Notes: generated by a model from the letters alone, not told the origin. Positions 1 through 11,461 are shown, numbered from the stretch's first letter. The stretch is 64,000 bases of DNA from a candidate division FCPU426 bacterium (GCA_963830915.1 CAWHOE010000051.1:1-64000); one strand, 5' to 3'. A program made the numbers and translations.

Positions 1-3000
1 GTACAGAAGCTTTTCTCAGAGAGGTTCTTTACCCTAGTTTGAATGCTCTTTCCCATAAATTTTTCAAACCCGCACGCAGGCCTAGAAGAGGAAGTGGCAC
101 CTAGCAGGCCACAACTGCACCTACTGATGGGTTTCCACAGGCTCCGACTGCTCTGACCAATCCCCGGCTCATGGAGGATAGCTGCGATGACCGTGAAGGT
201 TGCTCAGGATGGTGGGATTGCCTCATTCAACTGTTCAACGTGGCTTTCAGGATACCTTTTTTGGCATTTTTAGAAATTTAAAGTAGCTGTTTGAATCATG
301 ACCACAACTGCGTTATCCACCAAAATCCCGATGCTAAAAATATCAAAGCAAAAAGCGTCACCCGGTTCAGGGGTGTAACCCAGAAAATAATAAAGTGCCA
401 GGGGTCATGCTACTGGGGCACAATGGCTGTTCTGCTCACGAAGGCGCATGTTGGGATTACCAAAGCGATTAACAGATGCCACAGGCAGGTGGCCAAGAGA
501 AGATGTTTGATGAAATTTTGATTCCTCCTCACCAACCGCCGACGCCGAGCAATCTGATAACCAAGGTTTCTTTTATTGGGGTGGAAGCTGGGCCGAGAAA
601 GGTTTGGCCCTCTGAGGGAGTCTGCGATGCGCAGCCAGGCATTGGTGCCTTTGCGTTTTGCGAAGATGATGGAAAACGGCTGTTTCTGTGAAGTGTCCCT
701 TTTCTTTATCAAAAAGCACACCAACCCTTTCCTCAGGACCATCCACTACCTGGCCATATTGGGATTAGTGCAGTTGGTAGATTTCCCTATGAATGGTTTT
801 TTGATGGTGAAAAAGTGAGGACGGGCTCCCACTTCAACGTCATAAACCTGGCTTACACCCAGGTCTTGCCTGTGGGGGCATATACATTTTGCTGTGCTGC
901 TATTGGTCAGGGATGCAGGTTTTGCCCAGCGTTTCGGATTCTGACGATGGATCCTCTCTATCACTATGTCCATGTGAAGAGAGGTTGTTAGGTGCTGGAG
1001 TTTTCCCGGGCCAAAGGAGGCCACAAAGGGACGCAGGGTGTATCATCCCTGCTCTTGGAACTGAACTCGTGGTCCAAAAATGGCACACATCGTCTTTGAT
1101 TAATAAACACTTAGCCATGGTGCTATTGCGTTTTCCGGTAACTGCTGACTCATGGTGAAAAAGTTTGACTGCAGCCAGGCTGGAGGCTTTGCCCACTTTG
1201 AAGGGGACCCCAGCCATGCTGGTGGCTGGAATAGAAATATAACTCCCACCCCATCCAGGACACACTTTCCATGGTCTTGGTCACTTTGTGTTACCTTCCA
1301 CATTGTTGGCCTCAAAACCAGAGCTGTGACCTGGATATTGATTATGGGAATCTTAGATATCTGAATCTTTCTTTGGGGTCAGCCAGACGGCCAGACACAA
1401 TCTCAGCACCAATGCTCATGCAACTGCTCAATGACTGGGGAAGCTGTGAGCTTGGACAATGATGTATGTCTTGGCCAAGTTCCCGGCAAAACCCTTATGG
1501 CCTGTCATTGAATGGCTGGTTCTCACAGCCCAATTAACGGCAAGAAAGATACGTGCCGCTGCACCAGGTTCATCATCAACCTGCGCACTGGCTGGTGTAG
1601 GAAGACTGCCTGTTCTACTAATTGCAGGGGGTGTTACAGACCCATTTTTAAAGGCTGCTGTTTGGTTTGTTCTTTAAAAGCCTTGGGTCTCCATCAGTTC
1701 CAGATTGGATCTCCAGTGTCTCTGATACTTTCCTGTGCTTGGACCTTATCCATCTGGTCTTTTGCTTGTGCTGAATCTGCGGCTTGTTCCCCCGCCCCAA
1801 GGGGGATATCCAAAATATCTCATTGTAGGATAGGCCCTGCCACGTAACCCGTAGTGAGAACAATTTCCTGCTGTTTCAAATACCCTTCCCCAAAACAAGG
1901 TGGACTTTGGGTAGGATTTTCCGGATGTCCATCCTGCATTTTCTATAGACCAGCCCCTGTTTCAGCGGCCTTCACAAAACTGGGAAACAGTGCTTTTTAG
2001 AAAAATCTATTGCTTTGCTAGGCAACGGTTCCCAATCACTCGTCAACTTATTGGTTCGTATCCCTGATTGTCTCTGTTTTAGCCAAATGCAGCTGGGCTG
2101 CAATCCCAAACAAACGATTGCTAAGCGTCTTGATAGTCAAAAAGGCTAGAATTTCTCCCACCCGGCTGTATTTCCTTACATTTTTCCTGTTCTTAGAACA
2201 AAGAGAGGCATAGTACCCCTACTAATGGGGATACTACCGTGACCATGGACAGCATCTGCAGTTGGAGTGTTGATAATTAGCCTGCCATGGCCACTTTGGC
2301 CCCGCCTTCTTAAAACAGGAAGTCCAGCCCTAAGGTTCCCCTTAATAAATTCCTTGGGGATTGTTAAGCTGGAGCCCTGCCAACGGCGGCTATCTGTCTC
2401 TCCTTCTAGAACCAGCATGGAAGAGTGTAGGGGCCGGTTGTTTTGTGCAAAAAGCCGGGGAAACGAATGATCCTCGTTCCTCCGATTTGGGTGGCTTTTA
2501 ACTGATATTCAACTGCCCGGGGGGCGGAGCCCGTCTAGAAGCGAATAGAGGCATGGGGAATGTAATGTCAATAATGTTAGAACTAAGAATCTTTACAAAG
2601 CCTCATCCAACACAAAGAAACCCATGATCACTGACATTTCCAGTAAGCTAAGTGTTCTTCCAAAATGCAGTTTGAAGTTTTCTCAGCAGGAGGGAGTGGA
2701 TGCTGTGTATTGATAAGTGACAGAAGCCTCTCCAGGATTCATGTTACTTTTTTCCTTTAAAACGATATTCCCTAATAGATTTTCCGGCATATGTGCTGGA
2801 AAGACATCACCTACTGGATCACCACCCGGCATATCAGTGCGGTACCGCGTCTCCAGCTAGCACAAAGCCTGCCCTCTCTAAGTGTGCTGGATTACACACT
2901 TCCACACAATTACCTGACATTTTGTCTCATTGAGTTTTGCATGTCGTGGGACCTGCAAAACCTTACAAAAAAAACCATCCAAACTGGTTGGCCTTTCACT

Positions 3001-4400
3001 TGTTTGGGAAGCATCCCTCGAGTGGAGACATTTTCCACATAAAACCTCATGCTTGTCCATGATCCTTCACTGCTCAGTTTCTCGCTTTGCTGATATATTG
3101 ATGAGGAAGAGCTCCCGCCAACCAGTCAATACAACCCCTCATCCAACAGCCACCTCACAGGGATGAAATATCCACCAACTTGCAAGAAGTGTGCAAGATT
3201 CTGTTCATGTCCCTGTACTGAAATCTTACACTGGTTAGAAAATGCTTTGCTGTGTATTCAGCTTCATGAAATGCCTGTAGCTACTGGGTCTCAGTATTCC
3301 AGTGTGTAGTATTTAAAACCAAAACCATTCTTTTTTAGGGAAAGTTCTCTAAAGTTATATGAGATGCATCCCTGGGACCCCAACAACTGCTGCTGTTTGG
3401 TTCCTAGTGCATTGGAGACCAACTGCCTGAGTACTGGGTACCAACCGTTTCTATGCCATTTTATTTCGCCGCAAGCAGCTTTCAAGCATGTGCTAGTCAC
3501 ACCTGAAAAACTTTTTTCAACTGCCCGTTTTTGCAACAGTTATCAGGGGTCCACGGATGCCGTACTGGCTGCGACCTGGGGTTCTCATTGCTTAGCATTA
3601 AAAGTTCATTATGCCTTGCGTGATTTTACCAACCCCCACTGCAGGGCTGCAGTGTTAGAAATCACCAGTACGGTTCGTCCTACTTCAAACTGCTTCCTCT
3701 CCCACCAACTGCTATTTGTTCTTACGATGTTGATTCCCTTATTAAAAGTGTGTTCAACAACGTCCTTGCTTTAAAACCCTCTTGAACTTCAACCATCCCA
3801 AGGCCAGGATGATCACAACTCCCTCCAAAAAATGATGTCTCCCATATTTTATTCGGTTCTTCATGCTTGAGCTACAAAGAAGCCCATCAAAACCCAGAAT
3901 ATTGGAAGGGTTGGAAAAGGTGATGGGGCAAGCCCCTGTGGGAATTACCCACCAACTTAAAACACCTGAACCTATTACTGCCAGTGATTATTATTAGCTA
4001 CTTTCATCGGTTTTCCTCCTCTCGCTTAGCTGAAAACTAATTAAGTATTTACTAATATAGATGATCAAAAAAAATGACCATGATGCAAAAAACTTCCCGC
4101 ATCTGTTATCAGGATGATCTTTGGGTTTTGGATGGAGTAGAAGATCATGTCTCCCTTTGCCACCAAATTAACGTTCTTTCATGTGTTAAATGCAGATGTT
4201 CTAGGCTAATCTGAGTGCCTTGGGTTTCCTTCCGCCAATCAGGATGGACATCCGCATTATAGCTTTGATGCATAAAGAAGCTTTGGATATCTTGCTGTTC
4301 ATTTACCTTTCCTTAACTGATATTATCATCTTCAACTACAGAGATTTTAAATGTCAAGGGGAACATAAACTATTCACCACAAAAATGTCTTGGAAAGTTG
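1..4400 (-). repeat. Degraded inverted duplicate of ~4490-9416 (probable fold-back/chimeric read artefact)
   Basis: 4351-4385 is the reverse complement of ~4506-4540. 1768-1787 matches 7521-7540 and 1-80 matches ~9335-9416. Fragments of the ArsR, TolC and RND peptides recur in broken ORFs, with many indels. Confidence 0.93.
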
Positions 4401-4533
4401 CATTGACTGATTAACACCGATGAACATCGATTAAAAATAGAATTTTAAATTTTACAAATTCATATCTGTGTTTATCTGTGTTCATCTGTGGATAAATTTC
4501 CGAGTTTTTGTGGTGAATAGTTTTATGTTCCCC

Positions 4534-4571
4534 TTGACATTTAAAATCTATATTAGTAAAATCTAATATAG
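4534..4571 (+). promoter_or_regulatory. Sigma70 promoter with overlapping palindromic operator (probable ArsR site)
   Basis: TTGACA(4534)-17 nt-TAAAAT(4557). The perfect inverted repeat CTATATTAG-N6-CTAATATAG (4548-4571) flanks the -10 box. Confidence 0.8.
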
Positions 4572-4585
4572 TTAAGGAAAGGTAA

Positions 4586-4870
4586 ATGAAAAGCGCCCAG
4601 ATATCCAAAGCCTCTTTATGCATCAAAGCTGTGGCCCATCCCATCCGGATGTCCATCCTGGCTTTATTGGCGGAAGGGGAAAAGAACGTCCAACAACTGA
4701 CGCAAGAACTGGGAACCACCCAATCCAACGTCTCCCAACATTTGACACAGATGAAAGAACGTAATTTGGTGGCGACCCGCCGGGAGGGGAACATGATCTT
4801 CTACTCCATCCAAAACCCAAAGATCATCCAATTGATGGAATTGATGCGGGAAGTTTTTTGCGGGGAATGA
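4586..4870 (+). CDS. ArsR/SmtB family transcriptional repressor
   Basis: AHPIRMSIL...TQSNVSQHL...RREGNMIFYSI winged HTH, C-terminal FC, AGGAAAGG RBS. Confidence 0.92.
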   Translation: MKSAQISKASLCIKAVAHPIRMSILALLAEGEKNVQQLTQELGTTQSNVSQHLTQMKERNLVATRREGNMIFYSIQNPKIIQLMELMREVFCGE

Positions 4871-4889
4871 TGGTCATTTTTTTTGATCA

Positions 4890-4914
4890 TCTATATTAGT
4901 AAATACTTAATTAG
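4890..4914 (+). promoter_or_regulatory. Second putative ArsR operator
   Basis: TCTATATTAGTAAA is identical to 4547-4560 and lies upstream of the next gene. Confidence 0.6.
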
Positions 4915-4943
4915 TTTTCGCTCATAAGCGAGAGGAGAAACCA

Positions 4944-5099
4944 ATGAAAGTCATCATCGGGGTGCTGGTCGGCGCAGTGATAGGGTACGGCTATTATAAG
5001 TTGGTGGGTTGTTCCACAGGGGCTTGCCCCATCACTTCCAACCCTTGGATCAGCACCCTCTACGGGGGCTTGATGGGCTTCTTTCTGACTCAAGCATGA
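4944..5099 (+). CDS. Small membrane protein, DUF6132-like (not in the ORF track)
   Basis: GAGGAG RBS; 51 aa MKVIIGVLVGAVIGYGYYKLVGCSTGACPITSNPWISTLYGGLMGFFLTQA with a CxxGxCPIT motif. Confidence 0.8.
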   Translation: MKVIIGVLVGAVIGYGYYKLVGCSTGACPITSNPWISTLYGGLMGFFLTQA

Positions 5100-5560
5100 A
5101 GAAGCGAATAAATATGGGGAACATCATTTTTTGGGGAGTTGTGATCATCCTGGCCTTGGGATGGTTGAAGTTCGAGGGTTTTAAAGCAAGGACGTTGTTG
5201 AACACACTTTTAATAAGGGAGTCGAACATGAATAAGACAAATAAGACGGTTGAATTCACGGTCAGCAATTGGGAGAAGACGGTCTTGAAGTCGGACAAAC
5301 CGGTACTGGTGGACGTTTGGGCGCCCTGGTGCGGACCCTGCCGGATGCAGGGCCCCATCGTGGATCAATTGGCGGAAGAAGTGGGGACCGAAGCGGTGGT
5401 GGGAAAGCTTAATAGCGATGAGAACCCCCAGGTCGCGGCCCAGTACGGCATCCGTGGCATCCCGACCCTGATGATCTTCAAGAACGGGCAGTTGAAAAAG
5501 ACTTTCGTGGGTGTGACCGCGCCGTCGACTTTGAAAAGCGCTCTTCTTGCGGCGAAATAA
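5096..5560 (+). CDS. trxA: Thioredoxin, possibly with an N-terminal membrane anchor (alternative start 5228)
   Basis: VLVDVWAPWCGPC and GIRGIPTL. The ATG at 5096 overlaps the upstream TGA and adds a hydrophobic segment in frame. Confidence 0.88.
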   Translation: MKKRINMGNIIFWGVVIILALGWLKFEGFKARTLLNTLLIRESNMNKTNKTVEFTVSNWEKTVLKSDKPVLVDVWAPWCGPCRMQGPIVDQLAEEVGTEAVVGKLNSDENPQVAAQYGIRGIPTLMIFKNGQLKKTFVGVTAPSTLKSALLAAK

Positions 5561-5965
5561 ATGACCGTGAATGAGAAAACGGTTTATACCCGGGTCACTC
5601 ACAGGTCATTTGGGGAAGCTCTCCAATGCACTAGGGAAACGGCGGCACGGTCTGGGTTCGGGGAGATACATCTGCATAACTTTCAAGAAGCCCTAGCCAA
5701 GAATGGTTTTAGCACGAATCCTACGGCCATTCTGGAAGTCTGCAACCCCGGTTGGGCTTACAAGGCGTTGAAGCTGGATCCGCGGGCCGCATTATTAATC
5801 CCGTGTAAGATTTCCGTACAGGAAAACGACGGGAAAGTCATTTTGTCCGCGCTTCTTCCGTCCGGCATCGATGGGGACAACCGTTTGGATGATCTGACTG
5901 CGTTAGCGGGAGCGAACTTGAAGTCTGTCATCGATATTGCGGCTGGCGATAGAAACGAGCAGTGA
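5561..5965 (+). CDS. DUF302 domain protein
   Basis: ILEVCNP...ALLIPCKISV motif. Confidence 0.85.
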   Translation: MTVNEKTVYTRVTHRSFGEALQCTRETAARSGFGEIHLHNFQEALAKNGFSTNPTAILEVCNPGWAYKALKLDPRAALLIPCKISVQENDGKVILSALLPSGIDGDNRLDDLTALAGANLKSVIDIAAGDRNEQ

Positions 5966-6005
5966 AGGCATCTATTGAAATGGCCAGTTTTAAGATATTT
6001 AAAGA

Positions 6006-6431
6006 ATGAGGGTCATCGAGGCAAGCATGAGGGTATCTGAAATCTATTCCACGTCTACCACTCGAAGTTTCGAGGAAGTCTGCGAACGAGTCAAAAGCAA
6101 AGCCGGTTTGGATGGTTTTAAGGTTTTGCAGGTCCACGACATGCAAACTTCCTTGAGGAAAATGGGTTTTGAGATAGAACGGACGGTAATTGTGGAAGTG
6201 TGTAATCCAGCACTGGCCTCTGAGGCTTTGTCATTGGAGACGCATACCGCGCTGTTGATGCCTTGCCGGGTGGTGGTGCAAGAAGAGAAAGGGTTGGTAA
6301 TACTTTCCACGCATATGCCGGAAAATCTATTAGGGAATATCGTTTTAAAGGAAACGGCTCATAAAATCTGGGAGAGGCTTCTGTCGCTTATCGATACGGC
6401 CGCATCCACTCCCTCCTGCTGTAAAATTTGA
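6006..6431 (+). CDS. DUF302 domain protein (tandem paralogue)
   Basis: IVEVCNP...ALLMPCRVVV motif, C-terminal CC. Confidence 0.85.
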   Translation: MRVIEASMRVSEIYSTSTTRSFEEVCERVKSKAGLDGFKVLQVHDMQTSLRKMGFEIERTVIVEVCNPALASEALSLETHTALLMPCRVVVQEEKGLVILSTHMPENLLGNIVLKETAHKIWERLLSLIDTAASTPSCCKI

Positions 6432-6524
6432 AGTATTCATTTTGGAAGAACACTTCACTTTACTGGAAATGTCAGTGATCATCGGTTCGTTTGTGTTGGA
6501 TCAGGCTGTACTAAAGGAGAAATT

Positions 6525-7857
6525 GTGAAAAGATTCTTAGTTCTGACGTTATTGACGTTGGTTTTTCCCATGCCTCTATTCGCTCAGACAACTGACAAAA
6601 CGGTTTCTTTTGGCGAATTGTGGGAAATGGTGAAACAGCATTCGCCCGCCCTTCGGGCAGTTGAATATGAGTTAAAAGCCGCCCAAATCGGAGAGAACCG
6701 AGCGGGGGATCATTGGTTTCCCCGGCTTTTCGCGGACGCGCGGGCTTTTGAAACCAACGACCCGGCCCTCTCTTTCATGTCGGTTCTAGAGGAGAGACAG
6801 ATAGCCCCCGCCGATTTCGCGGCTTCCGCACTTAACAATCCCCAAGGAAGTTTATTTGAAAGGGGAACCTTAGGGCTGGACTTCCCTCTCTTTGAGGGCG
6901 GGGCCAAAGTGGCCATGGCGGACGTATCCATCAAGGCTAGGGAAGCCAAGGAACAGGAAAGATATGCAGTCGTCACGGGTCAATATGCCCAATTAGTGGG
7001 GTACTATGCCTCTCTTTTGGTTCTTGGGGATGAGCAGGAAAATCTAACGAAGCTCAGCGACCGGGTGGGAGAAATTCTCAAAAGCTATAGTATCGGTTCT
7101 CAGATCCAATCCGGTCGGTTATTCAGGCCTTTTGGGTCTCAAGACTCTTAGCAATCGTTTGTTGGGATTGCAGGCCCAGTCATTGGCTCAACAGAAAACA
7201 CTTAAAAGTCAGATCGGGATACGAACCAATAAGTTGACGAGTGATTGGGAACCGTTGCCTAGCAAGGCGATAGATTTTCTGGAGCAAGTGTTGCCAATTT
7301 CCGGTCAGGATCAAGAACCCGCTTTTGTGAAGGCCGCTGAAACAGGGGCTGAGTCTATGGAGAAAATGGAGGGAGCAGAAAATGCCAGAATCCTACCTAA
7401 AGTCGCCTTGTTTGGGGAAGGGTATTTGAACGGCGGGGACCGGTCCTCCGCTACGGGTTATGTGGCAGGGGCCTATCTACAATGGGATCTTTTGGATATC
7501 CCCAATTTTGGGGCGGGGGAACAAGCCGCGGATTCGGCGCAAGCCGCAAAAGCACGGGCCGAGGATCTCAAACAAAGAGCCAGGATGGATAAGGTCCAAG
7601 CACAGGAAAGTCTGGGAGCGCTGAAATCCAATCTGGAACTGATGGATGACAGTTCAAGGCTTTTAGAAGAACAAACCGAAACGGCCAAAAGTCTTTTTAA
7701 AAATGGGTCTATTAACGCCCTGCAATTAGTAGAAGTCCTCGCCCGCCGGGCGGATCTTATTACCAGCCGTGCGCAGGTTGAGATGAACCTGGTGCAGGCG
7801 CGTATCTCTCTTGCCGTTAATTCAGGATATCAGGAGCCATTCAATGACAGGCCATAA
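6525..7857 (+). CDS. TolC-family outer-membrane efflux protein, split by a frameshift near 7100
   Basis: Signal peptide and LDFPLFEGG in ORF 6525-7151; LPKVALFG and LQWDLL repeats in ORF 7132-7857; directly upstream of an RND gene. Confidence 0.8.
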
Positions 7858-10800
7858 GGGTTTTGCCGGGAAACTGGCCGAGACATTCGTCAATTCCAAG
7901 CTCACTCCCGTCATCGCGGTCATGAGCATCGTGCTGGGTATATTGGCCGTCTGGCTGACCCCCAAAGAGGAAGAACCCCAGATATCGGTCCCCATGATCG
8001 ATATCCAGGTCGCGGCTCCTGGTTTTGAGGCCGACGATGTGGAACGCAAAGTGACCGAGCCCATCGAAAGGGCGGTCTGGGGTTTGGATGGGGTGGAGTA
8101 TGTCTATTCCGCCAGCCGGGCGCATGGCTCGCTGGTGACGGTCCGTTTCAAAGTGGGCGAACCAATGGAACCCAGCCTGGTCAAGGTGCATCACAAACTT
8201 TTGGCCATTCGTCAGCAGTTACCGGAAAACGCAATGGCGCCCATGGTGAAGTCTTATTCCATCGACGATGTGCCATTTTTGACCCTCACGTTCAGTTCCA
8301 AGAGCAGGGATGATTACGCCCTGCGTACCCTTGTGGCTCCTTTGGCCCGGGAACTTTCCAGCACCCCTGACCTCTCTCGCGTGGAACTTTTGGGTGGTCA
8401 AAAGAGGGCCATACGAGTCATCGTAGATCCGAAACGCTTGGCGGAGCACGGGGTCTCCCTGACCGATGTGGCACAGGCCTTAAAAGCCAATGATGCTTAT
8501 GCCCCCGCGGGCAAGACCTGGGGTGTAAGCCAGGTTTATGACGTTGAAGTGGGAGCCCGTATCACTTCCGCCAACATCATCGAAACCATCCCCGTCGGCC
8601 AAAGGGGAGGTGCCCAAGTACGCATCCGAGATATCGCCCAGGTAGTGGATGGTCCTGAGGAAAGGGTTCGTGCTTCGGTGCTTTTTGATAAAGAAAAGGG
8701 TTCCGGGCCGGAAACAGCCGTTTCCATCATCTTCGCAAAACGCAAAGGCACCAATGTGGTCATCCTGGCATCGCAACTGCTTCAGAGGGCCAAAACCTTC
8801 TCGGCCCAGCTTCCACCCGATGTGAACCTTTCGGTTATGCGGGATTACGGCGCTACGGCTGGTGAGAAATCAAAAGAACTCATCGAACATCTTATCTTGG
8901 CCACCCTGTCGGTTTGCGTGTTAATCGCTTTGGTCATGGGTGGGCGTTCCGCCTTGGTGGTCGCCACGGCCATTCCGGTCACCCTGGCGTTGACCCTGGC
9001 GGTTTATTATTTTCTGGGTTACACCCTGAACCGGGTGACGCTTTTTGCTTTGATATTTTCCATCGGGATTTTGGTGGATGACGCCATTGTGGTAGTGGAA
9101 AACATCGAACGGTACCTTCAGACCGATCCCAAAAAAGGTATCCTGAAAGCCACATTGGACGCGGTCGCGGAAGTGGGCAATCCCACCATCCTGGCGACCT
9201 TCACGGTCATCGCCGCTATCCTGCCCATGGCATTCGTCCGGGGGCTGATGGGACCCTATATGAAACCCATACCGGTAGGTGCCAGTATGGCCATGCTTTT
9301 CTCCCTGCTCGTCGCTTTTATCGTGACTCCCTGGGCCTCAGTGCGGCTTTTGAAAAATTATGGGAAAGAGCATTCAAAGGAACCGGTAAAGGGGATTCCT
9401 CTCAAAAACCTGTACAAATCCACGATGAATAAACTCCTGACCGATAAAAAAGCGGCCATGTGGTTAGGGTTGTTAGTGATCATTCTCCTTCTGGTTTCAT
9501 GCAGTCTTTTTGCTTTCAAAGCGGTTCGAGTGAAAATGCTCCCCTTTGACAACAAAAACGAATTTCAGGTGCTGTTGGATTATCCGCCTACCACCCCCTT
9601 GAGCCGAAGCTTGACTTGGTCGGGTGAACTTGCGTCTGAAATGATGAAAGATCCCAACGTGAAAAGGGTCCAGGTTTTCACGGGAGAAGCGGCGCCTTAC
9701 TCTTTTTCAGGCATGGTGAAGCATACCTTTCTTCGGGGGAGCGACTATCAGGCGGATTTGCAGGTCGTCCTTACCGATAAGGGAGAAAGGAAGCGGTCCA
9801 GTCATGAGATCATTCAGTCACTGCGTCCGATCATCCTCTCATTTGGTAAATCCAAGGGAGCGGTGACCAAGGTCATCGAGATACCCCCGGGTCCGCCGGT
9901 GTTGGCCACCCTGATGGCCGAGATATATGGGCCTGACGCCCAGACGCGGCGCCATGTGGCCGAAGAGGTTTATCGTCAATTCCAGGCGGAAGATAGCGTG
10001 GTGGACCTGGACAGCACATGGAGGTTGGGGCGTCCGCGCATCGTTTACGGTTTTGACCAGATCAAGGGAGGCCAACTGGGGCTTAATGCCGCCCAGGTCA
10101 TGTCGACGGGCCGACTGCTCTTTTCGGAAACTTCCATGGGATCTCTTAACGACACTTCCAGCCCGGAGGATGTGAGCGTTGATCTGTCGGTGGACCAGGC
10201 GGTACGTTCTGGTTCCAACCCTTTCAAGGATCAAATCATGGGGTCTTATGTTTCGGGCTCGGCCAGATTGGAAAATGTCATCCAGAAGCCGATGGCGGTG
10301 GATGATTCCACCCTTTACCGCAAGAACCTGAAGCCTGTCGCCTATGTCATGAGCGAGCTTTCGGGCAAGGATGAGGCGCCGGTATACGGCATCCTCAAGC
10401 TGGGGCCCCGGATCCCTTACGAACAACAGACCGCCGAGGTGCCGTGGGATACCCAGAAGCCCGTGGTCAAATGGGACGGGGAATGGTTCATCACCTACGA
10501 GGTTTTCCGCGATCTTGGCGGGGCTTACGGGGTGGTGGTCCTTCTCATCTACGTCCTTGTGTTGGGCTGGTTCCGCAGTTACGCGGTGCCTCTCATCATC
10601 ATGGCGCCCATTCCCTTGAGCCTCATCGGCATCCTTCCGGGCCATTGGCTGACCGGTTCCTACTTCACGGCTACGTCCATGATCGGATTCATCGCCGGGG
10701 CTGGAATCATCGTTCGTAACTCCATTATTTTGGTGGATTTTACGGAGCGCCAGATAGCAAAAGGAGTACCCTTGAAGGAAGCGGTTATGAGCGCGGGGGT

Positions 10801-11020
10801 TCTGCGGTTCCGTCCCATGTTACTCACTGCCGAGGCTGTGGTAGTGGGCAGTTCGGTCATGTTGATGGATCCCATTTTCCAGGGCCTGGCGCTAAGCTTG
10901 ATCTTCGGGGAAGTCGCGGCCACCTTGTTAAGCCCCTTGGCGGTGCCGGTGCTCTATTACTGGTTCGTGGGAGAGCTCCGGGTCAAGTTCATCAAGGAAC
11001 ATAAGGAGGTTGTAATATGA
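7844..11020 (+). CDS. RND efflux transporter permease (AcrB/CusA-like superfamily)
   Basis: PKEEEPQI, GILVDDAIVVVENI, RFRPMLLT; ~1058 aa, 12-TM architecture. Confidence 0.95.
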   Translation: MTGHKGFAGKLAETFVNSKLTPVIAVMSIVLGILAVWLTPKEEEPQISVPMIDIQVAAPGFEADDVERKVTEPIERAVWGLDGVEYVYSASRAHGSLVTVRFKVGEPMEPSLVKVHHKLLAIRQQLPENAMAPMVKSYSIDDVPFLTLTFSSKSRDDYALRTLVAPLARELSSTPDLSRVELLGGQKRAIRVIVDPKRLAEHGVSLTDVAQALKANDAYAPAGKTWGVSQVYDVEVGARITSANIIETIPVGQRGGAQVRIRDIAQVVDGPEERVRASVLFDKEKGSGPETAVSIIFAKRKGTNVVILASQLLQRAKTFSAQLPPDVNLSVMRDYGATAGEKSKELIEHLILATLSVCVLIALVMGGRSALVVATAIPVTLALTLAVYYFLGYTLNRVTLFALIFSIGILVDDAIVVVENIERYLQTDPKKGILKATLDAVAEVGNPTILATFTVIAAILPMAFVRGLMGPYMKPIPVGASMAMLFSLLVAFIVTPWASVRLLKNYGKEHSKEPVKGIPLKNLYKSTMNKLLTDKKAAMWLGLLVIILLLVSCSLFAFKAVRVKMLPFDNKNEFQVLLDYPPTTPLSRSLTWSGELASEMMKDPNVKRVQVFTGEAAPYSFSGMVKHTFLRGSDYQADLQVVLTDKGERKRSSHEIIQSLRPIILSFGKSKGAVTKVIEIPPGPPVLATLMAEIYGPDAQTRRHVAEEVYRQFQAEDSVVDLDSTWRLGRPRIVYGFDQIKGGQLGLNAAQVMSTGRLLFSETSMGSLNDTSSPEDVSVDLSVDQAVRSGSNPFKDQIMGSYVSGSARLENVIQKPMAVDDSTLYRKNLKPVAYVMSELSGKDEAPVYGILKLGPRIPYEQQTAEVPWDTQKPVVKWDGEWFITYEVFRDLGGAYGVVVLLIYVLVLGWFRSYAVPLIIMAPIPLSLIGILPGHWLTGSYFTATSMIGFIAGAGIIVRNSIILVDFTERQIAKGVPLKEAVMSAGVLRFRPMLLTAEAVVVGSSVMLMDPIFQGLALSLIFGEVAATLLSPLAVPVLYYWFVGELRVKFIKEHKEVVI

Positions 11021-11217
11021 AAGGGATGTCGATCGACCGTCAGGTTACGGCTATCGCGAGTTCGATGATCTTGGTTAGTCTCGCGCTTTATCAGGTTCAT
11101 TCCCATTATTGGCTTTTTTTCACAGCCTTTGTGGGGTTGAATCTGTTGCAGTCTTCTTTCACGGGGTTTTGCCCGTTGGGAGTGTTGTTGCGGAAGATAG
11201 AAAAACGAGCTGAATAA
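11017..11217 (+). CDS. DUF2892 (YgaP-like) small membrane protein
   Basis: FVGLNLLQSSFTGFCP motif. Confidence 0.85.
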   Translation: MKGMSIDRQVTAIASSMILVSLALYQVHSHYWLFFTAFVGLNLLQSSFTGFCPLGVLLRKIEKRAE

Positions 11218-11232
11218 AAAAAGGAGGAAGTC

Positions 11233-11433
11233 ATGAAAAAGAATATCCATCCGGTCGAGAGGGTAGTAAGAATTATTGTTGGGTTGGTTTTGATCAGTCT
11301 GGCTTTCTGGGGTCCCAAGAACTACTGGTTCTTATTGGGGTTTGTCCCATTGGCGACGGGTTTAATGGGCTGGTGTCTGCCCTATCAGCTTCTGGGTATC
11401 AGCACTTGTTCGACTTCGACAAAAAAAGGATGA
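11233..11433 (+). CDS. DUF2892 (YgaP-like) small membrane protein
   Basis: NIHPVERVVRIIVG...GWCLPYQLLGISTC; AGGAGG RBS. Confidence 0.85.
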   Translation: MKKNIHPVERVVRIIVGLVLISLAFWGPKNYWFLLGFVPLATGLMGWCLPYQLLGISTCSTSTKKG

Positions 11434-11461
11434 TATTCGTAACATCTTTTCGGGAGGCGTT

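Noticed and set aside
291..4414. About 20 short ORFs, some with RND-, TolC- or ArsR-like peptide fragments
   Set aside because: They are scrambled pieces of the mirrored copy of 4490-9416, not independent genes.
7090..7151. Programmed frameshift or pseudogenisation of tolC
   Set aside because: There is no slippery sequence. Similar single breaks at ~38010 and ~63440, plus the fold-back, point to long-read indel errors.
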